Numbered from the stretch's first letter, positions 8,797 to 17,917 are shown. The stretch: DNA of 64,000 bases from Bacteroidota bacterium (GCA_947460345.1 CANHGM010000006.1:30456-94455), one strand, 5' to 3'. Numbers and translations are program-made. The notes: generated from the sequence alone by a model not told the origin.

Positions 8797-9495
8797 TCAA
8801 ACTTTCAGTGACGAAAGCCCACCATCTATATGTATAATCTGCCCAGTAATCCAATTGGCTTTGTCGCTCAACAAAAATTCAACTAAGTTAGCCATATCTT
8901 CAGGTGTTCCAATTCTTTTCATCGGATGTCTTTGAGCATTGGCTTCAATTTTTTGTTCAGTATTTAAAAATGAATCTGCCAAAGGGGTGTTAGTAAGCGA
9001 GGGTGCAATACAATTTACTCTAATTTTAGGAGCATACTCAGCAGCTAAAGCCCTAGTTAATCCCTCTATGGCTCCTTTTGATGATGCAACAACTGTATGG
9101 TAACTCAGCCCTAATTGAACTGCAATACTCGAGATCAAAATAATACTAGCACTTTCTGATTTTTTTAACCTAGGTATCAGAAGCTGCAAGGTTTTAATAG
9201 CACCTAACACATTTAATTCATAATCTTTTATATAGTCTTCTGGTTTAATACGTTCAAATGGCTTTAATGATATACTCCCAGGGCTATATACTACTCCATC
9301 TATACTTTCAGGTAAATATGAAAAATCTAGGTCTGGTATGGTTGTATCTAAAAAGTGATATGAAATATGATCATGTATATTATCAACTTCATTTTTACAA
9401 TATGTTGCATATACTTTGTTCTGTGCGTTGGCCAATTGAGTAGCAATTTGCTTTCCTATGCCAGATGAAGCTCCTACGATTAAGTAATTTTTCAT
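8797..9495 (-). CDS. short-chain dehydrogenase/reductase (SDR) with non-canonical active-site spacing
   Basis: 232 aa. Rossmann motif GASSGIGKQ, and the IRVNCIAPS..T and GQIIHIDGG motifs typical of SDRs. The expected YxxxK reads V-A-S-S-K, with Tyr four residues earlier (SYHTVVASSK, Y-x7-K). Confidence 0.75.
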   Translation of the reverse strand: MKNYLIVGASSGIGKQIATQLANAQNKVYATYCKNEVDNIHDHISYHFLDTTIPDLDFSYLPESIDGVVYSPGSISLKPFERIKPEDYIKDYELNVLGAIKTLQLLIPRLKKSESASIILISSIAVQLGLSYHTVVASSKGAIEGLTRALAAEYAPKIRVNCIAPSLTNTPLADSFLNTEQKIEANAQRHPMKRIGTPEDMANLVEFLLSDKANWITGQIIHIDGGLSSLKV

Positions 9496-9581
9496 ATATA
9501 CTTAACATATAGGTCTTAAATTAGTTTTATATATATACTTTTTGTATCTAGGTAACTTAAATTCTGCTCTTATAAATATAT

Positions 9582-10184
9582 TTAAGATGTAATTCTATCT
9601 AAGTCTTTTTCCCACACATCAAACAACTCTTTTTCTATTTCACAAGCATATGAAGCTAATGTTTCCCAATCTTTAGAAAAATCTTTAAGCTGCGATAACA
9701 TTTCAGCTAAGTGATTTTTTTCTTCAGCTATAATACTTTTAACAGTTACTTGGCTACCTGTTTTAGTTAAAGCATTTTGATAAATAGGATATAACTCTTC
9801 AGCTCTAACTTCAATAGCATATGTTACAAGCAAATAAGCTGCATATTTTAACCGATGCCCTGTATAATGGAAAGTATTTTTTAAATATCTAGAAATTTTA
9901 AGATCTAAAGAATGTAAATACTCATAACTGGTATTAGGTGCCAACAAATATTGTTTTTCGTATGTAGGACAAGCTTTGTCATCAACCTTAGCAATTTGTT
10001 TTTTCAAATAATAAGCATGTCTCGACTCTTCAGCTGCATGTTTTAGAATAATTTCACTAACAAACACTGGGTCCTCACAATTCTTAATTTTTTTAGCTCC
10101 TACATTTTCCATCATAGAAAGGGTATTGAGCCATTTGGCATGCGTCTGGGTGTTGTTTACTATTTTGTCAATAATCTTTTGCAT
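9582..10184 (-). CDS. ferritin-like di-iron carboxylate protein of unknown function, last gene of the bio operon
   Basis: 200 aa. Ligand pattern E26 .. E52-E53-S-R-H56 .. E125 .. E154-E155-K-N-H158, i.e. E-x~27-ExxH twice. Codons verified at 10017..10031 and 9711..9725. Starts 6 nt after the bioA stop. Confidence 0.6.
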   Translation of the reverse strand: MQKIIDKIVNNTQTHAKWLNTLSMMENVGAKKIKNCEDPVFVSEIILKHAAEESRHAYYLKKQIAKVDDKACPTYEKQYLLAPNTSYEYLHSLDLKISRYLKNTFHYTGHRLKYAAYLLVTYAIEVRAEELYPIYQNALTKTGSQVTVKSIIAEEKNHLAEMLSQLKDFSKDWETLASYACEIEKELFDVWEKDLDRITS

Positions 10185-10190
10185 AGATAC

Positions 10191-11471
10191 TTATTTCTCT
10201 TTTTTTAATTGGTTTAAACATATAATCAGAACACTATAAACTTTTTCTAATTCTAATTTATTTATACAATATGGTGGCATTATATATATAACATTTCCTA
10301 ATGGTCTTATGAGCACCCCTTCATTCAAACAAAAATTATATATGTCTTTTCCAATAGTGTTAAAATACGACGAACCTTCTGTGGTATCAACTTCTATAGC
10401 AACAATAGTTCCTCTGTGTCTAATTTCTTTAATATTTGAAAGGTTTTTGATTTGATTAATAAACGCTAAATGACTTTTTTCTATTTCTTTAATTTGAGCT
10501 TGACAACTCTTGTCTAATAGCAATTTTAAACTGGCATTTGCAGCTGCACAAGCCAAAGGGTTTGCTGTATAAGAATGGCCATGAAAAAAAGTTTTACTTC
10601 TTTCATCTGAGTAAAAAGCATCATATATATATTGAGCACAAACCGTTACTCCTAAAGGCATAAAACCACCTGTAATTCCTTTAGATAAACATATAATTTC
10701 TGGTGTATTTTCAAGATAATTAATAGCAAAATTTCTGCCTGTTCTTCCAAATCCGGTCATAACTTCATCTGCTATACATATCACATTTTTTTGTTGAGCT
10801 ATAGATATCAATTGGTCTAAATATTCAGGCTCGTGCATCAACATACCATTTGAACCTTGTATTAATGGCTCGAAAATAAAAGCAGCAACATCATTTTGCT
10901 CTATTAGTTCTTGAAACTCTTTTGTTACTTGATCTATATTCTCACTATTAGGTACTTTCAAAAATTCAACATGAAACATATGTTTGCTAAATGCAGCATT
11001 AAATGCATTTTTTGCCCCAACACTCATAGCCCCAAATGTATCGCCATGATAAGCATTCTCAAATGCAATAATCTTGGTTTTTTGATATATGTCTTGATTA
11101 TGCCAAAATTGCAAAGCCATTTTCAACGCTACTTCAACTGAGGTAGAACCATTATCAGAATAGAATACTTTGCTAAATGTTGCTGGCAATATATCTATTA
11201 AACTATTTGCCAAAACTTTTGCTGGTGTATGCGTAAATCCGGCAAAAATTACTTGCTCAAGTTTTTTGGCTTGATCTGAAATAGCTTCAGCAATGGTTGA
11301 ATTACAATGCCCATGTATATTTACCCACCATGATGAAATTGCATCTATATATTCTTTGCCATCTTCATCATAAAGTGTGCAATCCTTTGCTCTTTCTATA
11401 TGTATAGGTGGGGCAGCCGTTTTCATTTGGGTAAACGGATGCCAAATAGTTTGGTTTATTTCTTTTGTCAA
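10191..11471 (-). CDS. bioA: adenosylmethionine-8-amino-7-oxononanoate aminotransferase
   Basis: 426 aa class-III aminotransferase. BioA-like N-terminus IWHPFTQM and PLP-Lys region LSKGITGGFMPLG. Apparent TTG start 3 nt after the bioD stop. Confidence 0.85.
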   Translation of the reverse strand: MTKEINQTIWHPFTQMKTAAPPIHIERAKDCTLYDEDGKEYIDAISSWWVNIHGHCNSTIAEAISDQAKKLEQVIFAGFTHTPAKVLANSLIDILPATFSKVFYSDNGSTSVEVALKMALQFWHNQDIYQKTKIIAFENAYHGDTFGAMSVGAKNAFNAAFSKHMFHVEFLKVPNSENIDQVTKEFQELIEQNDVAAFIFEPLIQGSNGMLMHEPEYLDQLISIAQQKNVICIADEVMTGFGRTGRNFAINYLENTPEIICLSKGITGGFMPLGVTVCAQYIYDAFYSDERSKTFFHGHSYTANPLACAAANASLKLLLDKSCQAQIKEIEKSHLAFINQIKNLSNIKEIRHRGTIVAIEVDTTEGSSYFNTIGKDIYNFCLNEGVLIRPLGNVIYIMPPYCINKLELEKVYSVLIICLNQLKKEK

Positions 11472-11474
11472 AAC

Positions 11475-12086
11475 TTATATATTTAAATGTATTTGATCAC
11501 AGAAATTCTTAATTGTTTCTTTATTTATTAATTCAAATTGGGGAACGATAAATAAAGTCTTTAGTCCTGTATATGTTAATATATATTTTTCACTTGCTTC
11601 ATTGGTTTCGCCAACAAACACAATTCCTAGTATATTAATTTTTTTTTGACGAAGTAATTCATAAGTTAAAAGTGTGTGATTTATGCTACCTAAATAGTTA
11701 TTAGATACAAGTATTACTGGAAGTTGTAAATAAGTAATTAAATCAATATTCATTGCTTCATCAGACAAAGGACTCATAATACCACCCGCTGTTTCAACTA
11801 ATACAGGTTGTGTAGTTTGGGGTATTTCAAAATCATTTAAACTAATTGTTATATTGTCAAGTTCAGCCGCGTAATGAGGTGATGCGGCTGTTTTTAATAT
11901 ATATCTTTCAGCATGTATATGGCAATTTTTGTTACTCACTAAATTTTTCACTACCATGCTGTCAGTTTGATCTAAATCTCCAGCTTGAACAGGTTTCCAA
12001 TAATCATAACCTAAGCACTCGCATATAATGGCTGAGCAAATTGTTTTTCCTATACCAGTATGTATACCAACTATGCCTATATTCAT
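11475..12086 (-). CDS. bioD: dethiobiotin synthase
   Basis: 203 aa. N-terminal P-loop-like GIHTGIGKT. Sits between bioF and bioA and overlaps the bioF stop by 4 nt. Confidence 0.8.
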   Translation of the reverse strand: MNIGIVGIHTGIGKTICSAIICECLGYDYWKPVQAGDLDQTDSMVVKNLVSNKNCHIHAERYILKTAASPHYAAELDNITISLNDFEIPQTTQPVLVETAGGIMSPLSDEAMNIDLITYLQLPVILVSNNYLGSINHTLLTYELLRQKKINILGIVFVGETNEASEKYILTYTGLKTLFIVPQFELINKETIKNFCDQIHLNI

Positions 12087-13207
12087 TTTGTAAAATTATT
12101 TATCTCTTGTACTAACAAATCAATATCGGTTTTTGTGTTAAACATATGTAAACAAATACGAAGACGTTCTGACCCAATTGCCACAGTAGGACTCACAATA
12201 GCTTTTGCATATATACCTTTTTGCAATAAGTAATTTGAAAGCTCATGTGCTTGTTTGCTATTACCTACTATCAATCCTTGAATTTGTGATTGACTTTCAA
12301 TAAATTTAAACGTTGTTTGAGACAATTGTTGTTTAAAATAATATATTAAATCGAACAATATTATTCTATCGACTTGAGGCAATAATTGATATGCTTTCTG
12401 TAGTTGTATATATATGCTAGGTGGCAATGCAGTAGTATATATAAATGGTCTTGAAAAATTAATTAAATATTCTTTTAACGTTTGGTTGCAAACTATAGCG
12501 GCACCATGCAGCCCAAGTGCTTTTCCAAAAGTATATATAATTGCATACACTTTATCTTGAAGATTATTTGCTGCTACAATTCCTTCACCTTTAGGGCCAT
12601 ATAATCCAGTGGCATGTGCTTCATCTACTATCAAATAAGCTTGATATTTTTCACATACATTTACTATAGCTTCTAATGGTGCTTCATCTCCATCCATTGA
12701 GTATATAGATTCAACTACTACAAATTTTTTGCCTTGTGCTGTTGCTAGTTTTTTTTCTAAATCTACTACATTGTTATGCTTAAATTTATATTTATTTGCA
12801 TAACTAAGTTTTGCTCCATCCATAATACTTGCATGTATATACTCATCAACAATATATGTATCTCCTTTTTGAGCTAAACATGATAACAAACCAAGATTGG
12901 CTGAATATCCACTATTAAATATTAATGCTGATTCTTTACCATGAAAATCAGCTATAAGCTGCTCTGTTTGTTCGGCAAGAAAAGAGTTTCCACTAATCAG
13001 TCTAGAACCTGTTGCCCCATTTTGTATATATATATGTTGGGCATTCTCAGAAGACAATATTTTTGAAAATCCAAGATAATCATTTGAACAAAAATCTATT
13101 TTATCTTCATAAACATTCAATTTTCGATATAATCCATGTTGAATTCTATCGTTTAATTTTTCTTGTAATGCTTGATCTAACAACAGATTATTATGAATGG
13201 TGTTCAC
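12083..13207 (-). CDS. bioF: 8-amino-7-oxononanoate synthase
   Basis: 374 aa class-II aminotransferase. DEAHATG and PLP-Lys motif YTFGKALG. Overlaps the bioB 3' end by 17 nt. Confidence 0.85.
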   Translation of the reverse strand: MNTIHNNLLLDQALQEKLNDRIQHGLYRKLNVYEDKIDFCSNDYLGFSKILSSENAQHIYIQNGATGSRLISGNSFLAEQTEQLIADFHGKESALIFNSGYSANLGLLSCLAQKGDTYIVDEYIHASIMDGAKLSYANKYKFKHNNVVDLEKKLATAQGKKFVVVESIYSMDGDEAPLEAIVNVCEKYQAYLIVDEAHATGLYGPKGEGIVAANNLQDKVYAIIYTFGKALGLHGAAIVCNQTLKEYLINFSRPFIYTTALPPSIYIQLQKAYQLLPQVDRIILFDLIYYFKQQLSQTTFKFIESQSQIQGLIVGNSKQAHELSNYLLQKGIYAKAIVSPTVAIGSERLRICLHMFNTKTDIDLLVQEINNFTK

Positions 13208-14189
13208 TCGTTTGTAATACTTCTTCTTCGCTGTCTTTAAAAGGTTTTCTAGCAGTAAGTCCTAATGTTTTAAACATTTGCATGTCTACACCAAAATCAG
13301 GATTAGGAGTAGTTAAAAGTTTTTCTCCAGCAAAAATAGAATTTGCACCAGCCATAAAACACAATGCTTGTTCAGCTATACTCATTTCATTTCTACCAGC
13401 AGAAAGTCTAACTATACTTTTTGGCATTAAAATTCTTGCAGTAGCAATCATTCTAAGCATTTCATCTATAGATACTTTTTTATTGTTTTCTAGAGGAGTG
13501 CCTTCAACCGGAACCAAAGCATTAATTGGAACTGAATCAGGATGCATTTCCATGGTTGATAATGTATGTAGCATTTTAACCCTGTCTTCATCCGTTTCAC
13601 CTAGGCCTACAATACCTCCACAACACACACTGAGTTTTGCTTTTCTCACATTGCTTAGTGTATTAATTCTATCATCAAAAGTGCGAGTAGATATTATATT
13701 TTCGTAGTTTTCACTTGAAGTATCAATATTATGGTTATAGGCAAAACAACCAGCTTCTTTCAATTTCTCAGCTTGTTCATATGTTAGCATCCCTAATGTA
13801 CAGCATACTTCTAGTCCCATATCATTTACTTCAGAAACCATTTCTAAAACCCTGTCAAAGTCTTTATTGTCTCTAACTTCTCTCCAAGCAGCACCCATAC
13901 ATAAACGTGAAGCTCCATTGGCTTTTGCAACCTCTGCTCTAGCTTTCACTTTTTCAACTGTCATTAGTGGTTCTACCTCAATATCCGTTTGGTAACGAGC
14001 AGCTTGAGGGCAATAGGCACAATCTTCTTTACAACCTCCAGTTTTAATAGAAATCAAACTGCTAATTTGTACTTCGGCATATGATTTATTTTGGCGATGT
14101 ATAGTTGCAGATTCATATATAAGATCTAATAGCGGCTTGTGATAAATATCTTTTATTTCATCAAGTTTCCAGTCGTTTCTAATGTTCAT
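13191..14189 (-). CDS. bioB: biotin synthase (radical SAM)
   Basis: 332 aa. CxxxCxxC motif CKEDCAYCPQ and the conserved BioB layout, including the CCTLG and CCGGIVGLGE regions. Confidence 0.9.
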   Translation of the reverse strand: MNIRNDWKLDEIKDIYHKPLLDLIYESATIHRQNKSYAEVQISSLISIKTGGCKEDCAYCPQAARYQTDIEVEPLMTVEKVKARAEVAKANGASRLCMGAAWREVRDNKDFDRVLEMVSEVNDMGLEVCCTLGMLTYEQAEKLKEAGCFAYNHNIDTSSENYENIISTRTFDDRINTLSNVRKAKLSVCCGGIVGLGETDEDRVKMLHTLSTMEMHPDSVPINALVPVEGTPLENNKKVSIDEMLRMIATARILMPKSIVRLSAGRNEMSIAEQALCFMAGANSIFAGEKLLTTPNPDFGVDMQMFKTLGLTARKPFKDSEEEVLQTSEHHS

Positions 14190-14210
14190 TTATTAATATA
14201 GATTAGGTCT

Positions 14211-14218
14211 CAAATTTA
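14211..14218 (-). promoter_or_regulatory. putative -7 box (TAnnTTTG) for the bioB-F-D-A operon
   Basis: Plus strand CAAATTTA, which is TAAATTTG on the minus strand. It lies 21 nt upstream of the bioB ATG (14189). Confidence 0.45.
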
Positions 14219-14249
14219 TGTTTAAAGTGTGTGATATAAAAATTTAGAA

Positions 14250-15200
14250 TTAAAAATTGATTGTATGTATATATGAAACTGTTTTTTTAAACTCTACTGT
14301 CATTTCATCTATAATTTCTTTAGCTGTTTTTACTTGATTAATAGCTGCTGTTACTTGTCCTATCTCTAGTTCACCTTCTTTTAAATCACCTTCAAAAATC
14401 CCTTTTTTAGCCCTGCCCTTGCCCATTAATTGCAAATAGGCTTCTTTATCGGCATTATTTTGATCAAGTATTGATATTTGATTATATAATTCATTTTTGA
14501 GCATACGTACAGGAGTCGTGTTTTTTAATGTTAGAATTGTGTCACCCTCACCAGCATTTATACAAGCATTGATATAAGAAATATGAGCCGATGATTCTTT
14601 GCTTAACGCAAAACGAGTTCCTACCTGAACCCCCTCAGCCCCTAAAGCAAAACACGCAGCCATGGCATTTCCACTGGCAATACCTCCAGCAGCTATCACT
14701 GGAATGTTAACAGCACTAACAACCATAGGAGTCAACACCAATGTGGTAGTTTCATCTCTTCCATTGTGACCACCTGCTTCAAAACCTTCAGCTACAATAG
14801 CGTCTACGCCTGCATTCGCGGCCTTTATCGCAAATTTTACACTTGATACCACATGTACTACTTTTATATCGTGTGCTTTTAATTTACTTGTATATATATT
14901 GGGGTTACCTGCAGAGGTTATGACTATAGGCACATTTTCAGTGATAACAATTTCAATGATTTTATCAATTTCAGGATATAGTAGTGGGATATTTACTGCA
15001 AAAGGTAAGTTAGTTTTTTGTTTTAATTTTTGTATATGTAATTGTAGGGTTTCAGGATGCATAGAACCTGCACCAATTACACCCAAACCACCAGCCAAAC
15101 TAACTGCAGTAGCTAATTTTTGACCACTAACCCATACCATACCTGCTTGGACAATTGGGTACTTAATCTTGAATAATTCACAAATTCTATTTTTATCCAT
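14250..15200 (-). CDS. fabK: FMN-dependent enoyl-ACP reductase II-like (FabK / nitronate monooxygenase family)
   Basis: 316 aa, colinear with my recollection of streptococcal FabK: ELFKIKYPIVQAGMVWVS, LGVIGAG, AEGFEAGGH, IPVIAAGGIA, GAEGVQVGTRF. FabK versus a generic NMO oxidoreductase cannot be distinguished without a search. Confidence 0.6.
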   Translation of the reverse strand: MDKNRICELFKIKYPIVQAGMVWVSGQKLATAVSLAGGLGVIGAGSMHPETLQLHIQKLKQKTNLPFAVNIPLLYPEIDKIIEIVITENVPIVITSAGNPNIYTSKLKAHDIKVVHVVSSVKFAIKAANAGVDAIVAEGFEAGGHNGRDETTTLVLTPMVVSAVNIPVIAAGGIASGNAMAACFALGAEGVQVGTRFALSKESSAHISYINACINAGEGDTILTLKNTTPVRMLKNELYNQISILDQNNADKEAYLQLMGKGRAKKGIFEGDLKEGELEIGQVTAAINQVKTAKEIIDEMTVEFKKTVSYIHTINF

Positions 15201-15212
15201 TATATATTCATT

Positions 15213-16115
15213 TTAAATAGCAATCCAATGAAAGGTGATTCCATTATATATATTGATTTCTATAGCTGGGAACGGAAACTTCACAGCGGACAATATTCTT
15301 ATAAGCACTTTTTTCCACCATTTATAATGTTCTTTGTTTGCTATTAACATATCTAAAGAAATATATACTTGTTGATATCTTTGAATTGATGACAGATTAT
15401 GTGTGTTCCCATTAGAGTCAGACCATATATTGTCATCTCCTCCAACCATACCTTCAGCTCCATAGCCAACAGAAACACACAACCATGAAGGAATATATTT
15501 ACTTTTCCAAAAACTACTCACTGGAAAAGACAACCAATAAATTTGACCATTGTAGTTTTTTAAAATTTGTTCTGGCATATTGCTACCTAATATATTGGGG
15601 CGAAAACTAGCAAGCATATTGGGCCAATAACTCCACTTAGGCCAAAAGTTCAGTTTTGATAGATATTTGAATTGAATATATATAAATGCACAACCCAGAA
15701 AATTTGCTAAAATATCATAAAAAGATGCTCCGTAAGCAGGAGAGATACCATCGAACCATTCAACTGATGAGAGAAGAAAAAAACCAATCCACACTACTTT
15801 CTCTCTACTGGTTTTAATATCTACGCCTGCAAAACTAAAGATTATAATGGCAAATCTGCTCCATATAGCTGCGGTGTAAAAATGGCCTAACTTATCCATC
15901 CATAGCCATTCTCCAGAATCGTCAAACCAATGAAATCCAACACTATTTGATGTATACCAACCCTTAGATAAATAGTACGTTATAAATGAATATATAAGTA
16001 AAAGAAATGCATAGGTTCCAAGTATATATTTTCTTTTTTCAATTATACTATTTCTATATACATATATATAAAACCATACCGAAAGTAAAGTTAAATATAT
16101 ACAAACAAAAGTCAT
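15213..16115 (-). CDS. integral membrane protein, function unknown (possibly DUF2279 family)
   Basis: 300 aa with several TM segments. Motif WLWMDKLGHFY resembles my recollection of DUF2279. Overlaps the gldE stop by 1 nt. Confidence 0.5.
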   Translation of the reverse strand: MTFVCIYLTLLSVWFYIYVYRNSIIEKRKYILGTYAFLLLIYSFITYYLSKGWYTSNSVGFHWFDDSGEWLWMDKLGHFYTAAIWSRFAIIIFSFAGVDIKTSREKVVWIGFFLLSSVEWFDGISPAYGASFYDILANFLGCAFIYIQFKYLSKLNFWPKWSYWPNMLASFRPNILGSNMPEQILKNYNGQIYWLSFPVSSFWKSKYIPSWLCVSVGYGAEGMVGGDDNIWSDSNGNTHNLSSIQRYQQVYISLDMLIANKEHYKWWKKVLIRILSAVKFPFPAIEINIYNGITFHWIAI

Positions 16116-17464
16116 TATCCTAGTATAATTTGAGGGTTTTCGACCTTTATTCTTTTAACTTTTCTTTTATCTGCAGCCTCAATTGTAAACACAAAATTCT
16201 CATATACAATTTTTTCTTTCACTGAAGGAATTCTACCTGAAATTTCAAGGATAAGTCCGCCTAAGGTATCTGCTTCGCCTCTTATTTCTTCAAACACATC
16301 TCCTTTAATATCCATTAGCCTACATACATCATTGATTAGCATCTTACCTTCAAATATAAAAGTATTATCATCAAGTTGAGAGTATGTAATTTCATCATCA
16401 TCAAATTCGTCATTTATTTCTCCAAAAATTTCCTCTAAAATATCTTCCATTGTTACAATGCCACTACTACCACCATACTCATCTACAACTACAGCCATAT
16501 GGACTCTTTTCTGTTGAAATTCTTTTAATAAATCATCTATTTTTTTGGCGGTTGGTACATAAAATGGTTCTCTGATTAATGATTGCCATTCAAAGCTATC
16601 TGAAGTATATATATTGGGTATTAAGTCTTTGATGTTTAAAATACCTTTCACATGGTCAAACGTTCCTTGATATACGGGAATTCTGCTATATTCCCATTCG
16701 TTTATATGTTTTAGCAAATCAGTAAAACTTATATGAATATCAACAGCTTTGACATCTAATCTGCTACGCATAATTTGCTTTACTTCTATATTGCCAAATT
16801 TAACTATATTTTTAAGTACTTCTTTTTCGTCTTCTGGACTGTCTGAATCTGTTGTAAGTTCAATGGCGTGTTCTAGGTCATCTACGGTTAATTCATGACC
16901 TCTTTTAGTTATTCTTTTATCTATAACAGAAGTGCTTTTAACTAGAATCCAAACAAAAGGTTTCCAAACTCTTGAAAGATAAAGCATCGGAACTGCCACT
17001 AATTCTGAGAAAAATATATAGTTCTGGGTTGCATATATTTTAGGTGTCACTTCTGCTAAAAAAACGATAATAAAAGTAACGAAAACTACTTGAAAAATAA
17101 AGAAATAAGTAGTATGAAGTATATGTTCAGAAAATATGAGTGTAAACATCCATTCACTTACAATTACAAATGCAATGTTTATAAAATTATTAGTAATAAG
17201 TATAGTACCAAGAAGTGCTTTAGGTTTATTTATAAGCTGAGTAATAGCTTTTGCAGTAGTACTATTGTCTAGTCTATATTTATCTAACTCTTCGCTTTTA
17301 AGAGAAAAAAAAGCATTTTCACTTCCTGCAACCAATGCACTGCAAAAAAGCAAAATTAAAATGATTGTTGATATAATAACTAGTGTTGTAATGTTATCAA
17401 CTACACCTGGATTAAAGATTTCGAGAGGTTTTATAAAGTAGCCCGAAGGCCCGGGGTTATCCAA
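16115..17464 (-). CDS. gldE: CNNM/CorC-HlyC family membrane protein, GldE-like
   Basis: 449 aa: N-terminal DUF21-type TM domain, CBS pair, CorC_HlyC C-domain. mutY-ssb-gldE order is as recalled for Flavobacterium johnsoniae. Apparent TTG start; exact start uncertain. Confidence 0.7.
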   Translation of the reverse strand: MDNPGPSGYFIKPLEIFNPGVVDNITTLVIISTIILILLFCSALVAGSENAFFSLKSEELDKYRLDNSTTAKAITQLINKPKALLGTILITNNFINIAFVIVSEWMFTLIFSEHILHTTYFFIFQVVFVTFIIVFLAEVTPKIYATQNYIFFSELVAVPMLYLSRVWKPFVWILVKSTSVIDKRITKRGHELTVDDLEHAIELTTDSDSPEDEKEVLKNIVKFGNIEVKQIMRSRLDVKAVDIHISFTDLLKHINEWEYSRIPVYQGTFDHVKGILNIKDLIPNIYTSDSFEWQSLIREPFYVPTAKKIDDLLKEFQQKRVHMAVVVDEYGGSSGIVTMEDILEEIFGEINDEFDDDEITYSQLDDNTFIFEGKMLINDVCRLMDIKGDVFEEIRGEADTLGGLILEISGRIPSVKEKIVYENFVFTIEAADKRKVKRIKVENPQIILG

Positions 17465-17491
17465 AATTTATATGATTAGGTTAAACTATAT

Positions 17492-17917
17492 TTAGAATGG
17501 TAAATCTTCGTTAACTGTGGGTTGAGAAAGTGATTCTGATACAGAACTTGATTCTGATTCCTGATATTTTTCATAAGTAGAATTGTTAGAACCTAATTCT
17601 GATTTATCTAGTAATTCTATGCTTTGACCACGGATTACTTTTCTTTGCTTCTCTACTCCTTGTTGATCCTTCCAACTATCTGTTTTAATTTTACCTTCAA
17701 TCATCACTTTACTTCCTTTTCTAAGATATTTCTCAGCCACATCAGCTTGCTTGTCCCAAAGTTCTATATCATGCCACTCCGTAATTTTAATTTTTTCGCC
17801 GTTTCTTGTTCCTTGTTCATTAGTTGCCAAGGTGAATTTTACCACCTTGCTTCCGCCTTCTAAGTTTCTTGTTTCAGGGTCTTTGCCTAAATTTCCTATA
17901 AGTATTACTCTATTCAT
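17492..17917 (-). CDS. ssb: single-stranded DNA-binding protein
   Basis: 141 aa. OB-fold N-terminus MNRVILIGNLGKDPE, acidic/Ser-rich tail ending DLPF. Confidence 0.9.
   Translation of the reverse strand: MNRVILIGNLGKDPETRNLEGGSKVVKFTLATNEQGTRNGEKIKITEWHDIELWDKQADVAEKYLRKGSKVMIEGKIKTDSWKDQQGVEKQRKVIRGQSIELLDKSELGSNNSTYEKYQESESSSVSESLSQPTVNEDLPF

Noticed and set aside
13012-13707. 231-aa plus-strand ORF spanning the bioF/bioB junction. Similar long antisense ORFs occur elsewhere (1251..1568, 23772..24149, 24731..25111, 41237..41557, 49149..49499).
   Set aside because: All lie antisense to genes with strong, motif-verified homology (BioF/BioB, MltG, RodA, AccA, Kelch cargo, CBS synthase). Their translations are low-complexity Ser/Leu/Ile/Phe-rich strings with no recognisable motifs or promoter boxes. 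These are typical shadow ORFs of AT-rich coding DNA.
17441-17456. Locally GC-rich palindromic patch (GCCCGAAGGCCCGGGG, containing CCCGGG and a GCC-CGAA-GGC mini-hairpin) just downstream of ssb.
   Set aside because: It lies within the first codons of the gldE-like ORF (encoding NPGPSG) and is not followed by a T-run. It could still influence translation initiation, and the gldE start is uncertain, but the evidence is insufficient to call a terminator or attenuator.
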